Assembly (NCBI GenBank): GCA_964354185.1
Contig: CAYGZE010000001.1
Coordinates: 1,939-65,938 of the forward strand
Direction: 5' to 3'
Origin: an uncultured Anaerolineales bacterium
Lineage (GTDB): Bacteria; Planctomycetota; Phycisphaerae; FEN-1346
Length of the DNA stretch: 64,000 bases
The notes below the pieces were generated by a model. That model did not search any database and was not told the DNA's origin. It saw only the letters and a list, made by a program, of their open reading frames with translations. Numbering within the stretch: the stretch's first letter is position 1; each line of letters opens with the position of its first letter. The translations under genes and the position numbers were made by a program. This document shows, piece by piece, positions 61,785 to 64,000 of the stretch.

Positions 61785-64000
61785 CTACTTCGCCACGATG
61801 AGGTCCGCCACGCGCCGGCGCAGGCCCGCGATCTCGGCGGCCGTGAGGGTGCCGAAGCGCTGCGCGTCGGCGTTGTCGGCGCCCGCGCCGGCGACGCGCC
61901 CCGCCTCCATCGTCACGGCCCGCCGGACCATGGCCCGCAACTGCTCGCGGCCCAGGTTGCGGCGCTTGCCGAGTTCGACCAGGTACTCGACGAGTTGCTG
62001 GCCGTCGCGGAGGGCCTTCAGGCGCATGTCCGCGAGGACGGGGACGCCGAAGCGCTTGCCGGGGATGATGAGGGCGTTGCCGCCGCCCGCAGCCGCGTCG
62101 TTCGAGTCGAGGGCCCCCTCGTCGCCCAGCGTCTGCCAGGGGAGCGATGCGCCGGCGCCGCCGGTCCAGTCGGCCAGGAGCCAGGCCACCGAGCGCGTGT
62201 TACTCTCGGCGTCGGGGTTGGCGCTGCCGTAGGCCCGGATCCGGACCCCTGTGTCCTCGGCGAGGAGGGCGCTGCGCCGCTGGGAGCGCGGCGAGTTGAA
62301 GCCGCCGATGTACTCGCAGTCGAGGATGCCGGCCAGGACGCGGCCCTGCCAGTTGGGGCGCGAGATGTCCGCCCGCGCCGCCCAGAGGCGCGGGTCCGCG
62401 CCCGCGCGCCCCTCGGTCCACAGCCGGCAGAAGAACTGGAGCGCGAGCCAGTCGTCCCAGTGGTACGGCTCGTCGGTCGTCCACCACATGTTGCTCCCGT
62501 AGTCGATGCGGTGGGTGTTCTTGCCGCCGTAGAAGCACTGCATCTGGGTCCGCGTGTAGCCCTTCTCCCTGAAGTGCGCGATGAACTGGCGCTCGACGGC
62601 GAGGAAGGCGTCCTTGTAGTCCTGGCTGAGCGCGTCCCCGATATAGGGCGCCTTCAGGTAGTGCTCGATGATCCCCTTGGCGTCCTCACCGCGCCCGGGC
62701 CAGTGACCCGTGTAGTGATAGGTATCCTTCGTGAGCGGCGTGGGCCAACTGTCCTCGAAGGGCAGGTACATGACCTCGGGCGGGACGCCCGCGCGGCGGC
62801 AGTCGCGGAACGCCTCGCCCGTCAGGAGCGGCCCCACGTCCCGGTCGTAGCGGTCCCACTCGACCCGGATGTCCTTGCCCGAGCCGCGGAGGTCGGGCGT
62901 CCATCGCCAGTAATTCGCCACGCAGCGGTGCTGGTGGGCCAGGCGCCAGCAGGCGTGCGCGTCGGCTGGGATGCGGTAGGCGTTGAGTTCGGGCCAGAAA
63001 CTCAGGGCGTCCGGCAGCGCGAAGTCGTACACCGCGAGGGCGACGGGGATCGCCGCCGCCTCGGTCCCGTCGGCCTCGACCGTCACGCGGCCGCGGTACT
63101 CGCCCGGCCGCGCATTCTGTGGCACATAAATATCCACGTACACGGTCTGGTTCTGCTGGTTCGGAAGCGCGCGGGCCGGGTCGGGCACGTCGAACGCGGC
63201 GCCGTGGGCCGTCGGCACGCAGTAGGCCGGCTGCCACTGCTTGCGGGAGTTCTGCGCGTACCAGTTGCGGAAGAGTTCGATCTCGGCGCCGCCGATCGCG
63301 GCGCCGCCGGGCCCCTCCAGCGCGTCGGGCCGGACGCGGACGCCCTTCAGCGGCTCGGCGCCCGCCCGCTCGATGCACACCTGGTACGAGACGGTCTCGC
63401 CGCGGGCCCCGAACAGGCGGACGGCCCGGCCGTCCCACACGGGGTTGGCGGCCCGAGGGTCGCCCGCGCCGAGGTCGTCGCACATCGCCTCGGGCTTCTC
63501 GGGGCTGATCTTGACGAGGCCGGGCAGGGCCCAGACGCGCATCTTCCTCCCCTCGGCGGCCTGGCCTGCGGCCGCGGGGGCGGGCTTGGCGAGGGGGCCC
63601 AGGTCGGGCCCCTCGGCCAGCGCGTCCGACGCGACGGCCGTGAGCGTCGCCGGCGGGCTCGCAGTACCGCCGGGCGCGACCGCCACCACCGCCAGGTCGC
63701 ACCGCTCGCCGGGCGCGAGGTCCTCCAGGTACATGACCGTCGGGCCCTTCGGCGCGGGGTGCGCGACGCGCCACCGCTCGACGGGCCGGCCGCCCAGCAC
63801 GATCCGCCAGCAGAAGACGCCCTTGGCCTCGGCCACCGTGAGTTTCAGGGCGCCCGCGCCCAGGTGGGCCCGCTCGGGCGCGGGGGCGGCCGTGACGGCG
63901 GGCTTCGGCGGCGCCTCGGCGAGGGGGCCGCCCAGTTCGACCTCCACGTACGGCTCGCTGCCCTTCGACTCAGCGCTATGGATGAAGTTATTGTGAAACG
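61785..64000 (-). CDS. large hypothetical protein, glycoside-hydrolase-like (DUF4091-like), N-terminus beyond the window
   Basis: The minus-strand reading frame stays open from the stop at 61785 to the window end. The track ORF starts at an internal GTG. Aromatic/acidic motifs (NMWWTTDEPYHWDDWLALQFF, FYGGKNTHRIDYG) are typical of carbohydrate-active enzymes. Convergent with the ABC permease (18-nt gap). Confidence 0.6.
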   Translation of the reverse strand, partial: FHNNFIHSAESKGSEPYVEVELGGPLAEAPPKPAVTAAPAPERAHLGAGALKLTVAEAKGVFCWRIVLGGRPVERWRVAHPAPKGPTVMYLEDLAPGERCDLAVVAVAPGGTASPPATLTAVASDALAEGPDLGPLAKPAPAAAGQAAEGRKMRVWALPGLVKISPEKPEAMCDDLGAGDPRAANPVWDGRAVRLFGARGETVSYQVCIERAGAEPLKGVRVRPDALEGPGGAAIGGAEIELFRNWYAQNSRKQWQPAYCVPTAHGAAFDVPDPARALPNQQNQTVYVDIYVPQNARPGEYRGRVTVEADGTEAAAIPVALAVYDFALPDALSFWPELNAYRIPADAHACWRLAHQHRCVANYWRWTPDLRGSGKDIRVEWDRYDRDVGPLLTGEAFRDCRRAGVPPEVMYLPFEDSWPTPLTKDTYHYTGHWPGRGEDAKGIIEHYLKAPYIGDALSQDYKDAFLAVERQFIAHFREKGYTRTQMQCFYGGKNTHRIDYGSNMWWTTDEPYHWDDWLALQFFCRLWTEGRAGADPRLWAARADISRPNWQGRVLAGILDCEYIGGFNSPRSQRRSALLAEDTGVRIRAYGSANPDAESNTRSVAWLLADWTGGAGASLPWQTLGDEGALDSNDAAAGGGNALIIPGKRFGVPVLADMRLKALRDGQQLVEYLVELGKRRNLGREQLRAMVRRAVTMEAGRVAGAGADNADAQRFGTLTAAEIAGLRRRVADLIVAK

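Noticed and set aside
1-64000. Search for CRISPR arrays, tRNA/rRNA genes, integrases/transposases or prophage-like content
   Set aside because: No regularly spaced direct repeats were seen. No tRNA-like cloverleaf candidates or rRNA signatures. No recombinase or transposase-like ORFs. The window appears to be core chromosomal sequence (flagellar regulon plus metabolic and glycan genes) rather than a mobile or defence island.

Overview
This is a high-GC (about 70%) window from a Gram-negative, Planctomycetota-like genome, judged from the Tat-signal Gfo/Idh/MocA oxidoreductase, a HEAT-repeat protein and large secreted proteins. No rRNA, tRNA, CRISPR array or mobile element is visible.

The central ~45 kb (7.4-52.7 kb) is an essentially complete flagellar regulon in two divergently transcribed blocks.

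- **Minus-strand block (35.6 -> 7.4 kb):** TPR protein, TPR protein, sigma-54 activator, flgB, flgC, fliE, fliF, fliG, fliH, fliI, fliJ, MgtE-N-like gene, motA, motB, a second motB, fliL, fliM, fliN, [internal sigma-54 promoter], fliO, fliP, fliQ, fliR, flhB, flhA, a small membrane ORF, fliA, a Cys-rich small ORF, two lipoprotein genes, [sigma-28 promoter] flgM, [sigma-28 promoter] fliC, fliD, fliS, terminator. A second sigma-54 activator gene sits upstream at 36.0-37.4 kb.
- **Plus-strand block (38.0-52.7 kb):** [sigma-54 promoter] fliK, flgD, flgE, a membrane-anchored PilZ protein, flgF, flgG, flgA, flgH, flgI, flgJ (rod-binding domain only), a FlgN-like gene, flgK, flgL, a TPR protein and a small hypothetical.

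Most gene junctions are 4-nt ATGA/GTGA overlaps, indicating translational coupling. Consensus sigma-54 (TGGCAC-N5-TTGC) and sigma-28 (TAAAGTT-N11-GCCGATAA-like) promoters were read directly from the sequence.

- **Left flank:** the Tat oxidoreductase, a HEAT-repeat protein, a 1093-aa secreted hypothetical and a YifB/ComM ATPase.
- **Right flank:** two large hypothetical proteins (one an FG-GAP-like beta-propeller), an ABC importer whose substrate-binding domain is fused to the permease, a second permease, and a convergent glycoside-hydrolase-like gene that runs off the window.

The most interesting hypothesis is that the TPR proteins, the lipoprotein pair and the duplicated MotB encode an elaborated periplasmic stator scaffold, analogous to PflA/PflB/FlgP in Campylobacterota or the Vibrio H/T-ring, in a lineage where no such motor has been described. 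Many long ORFs on the opposite strand of conserved genes are artefacts of the low stop-codon frequency.
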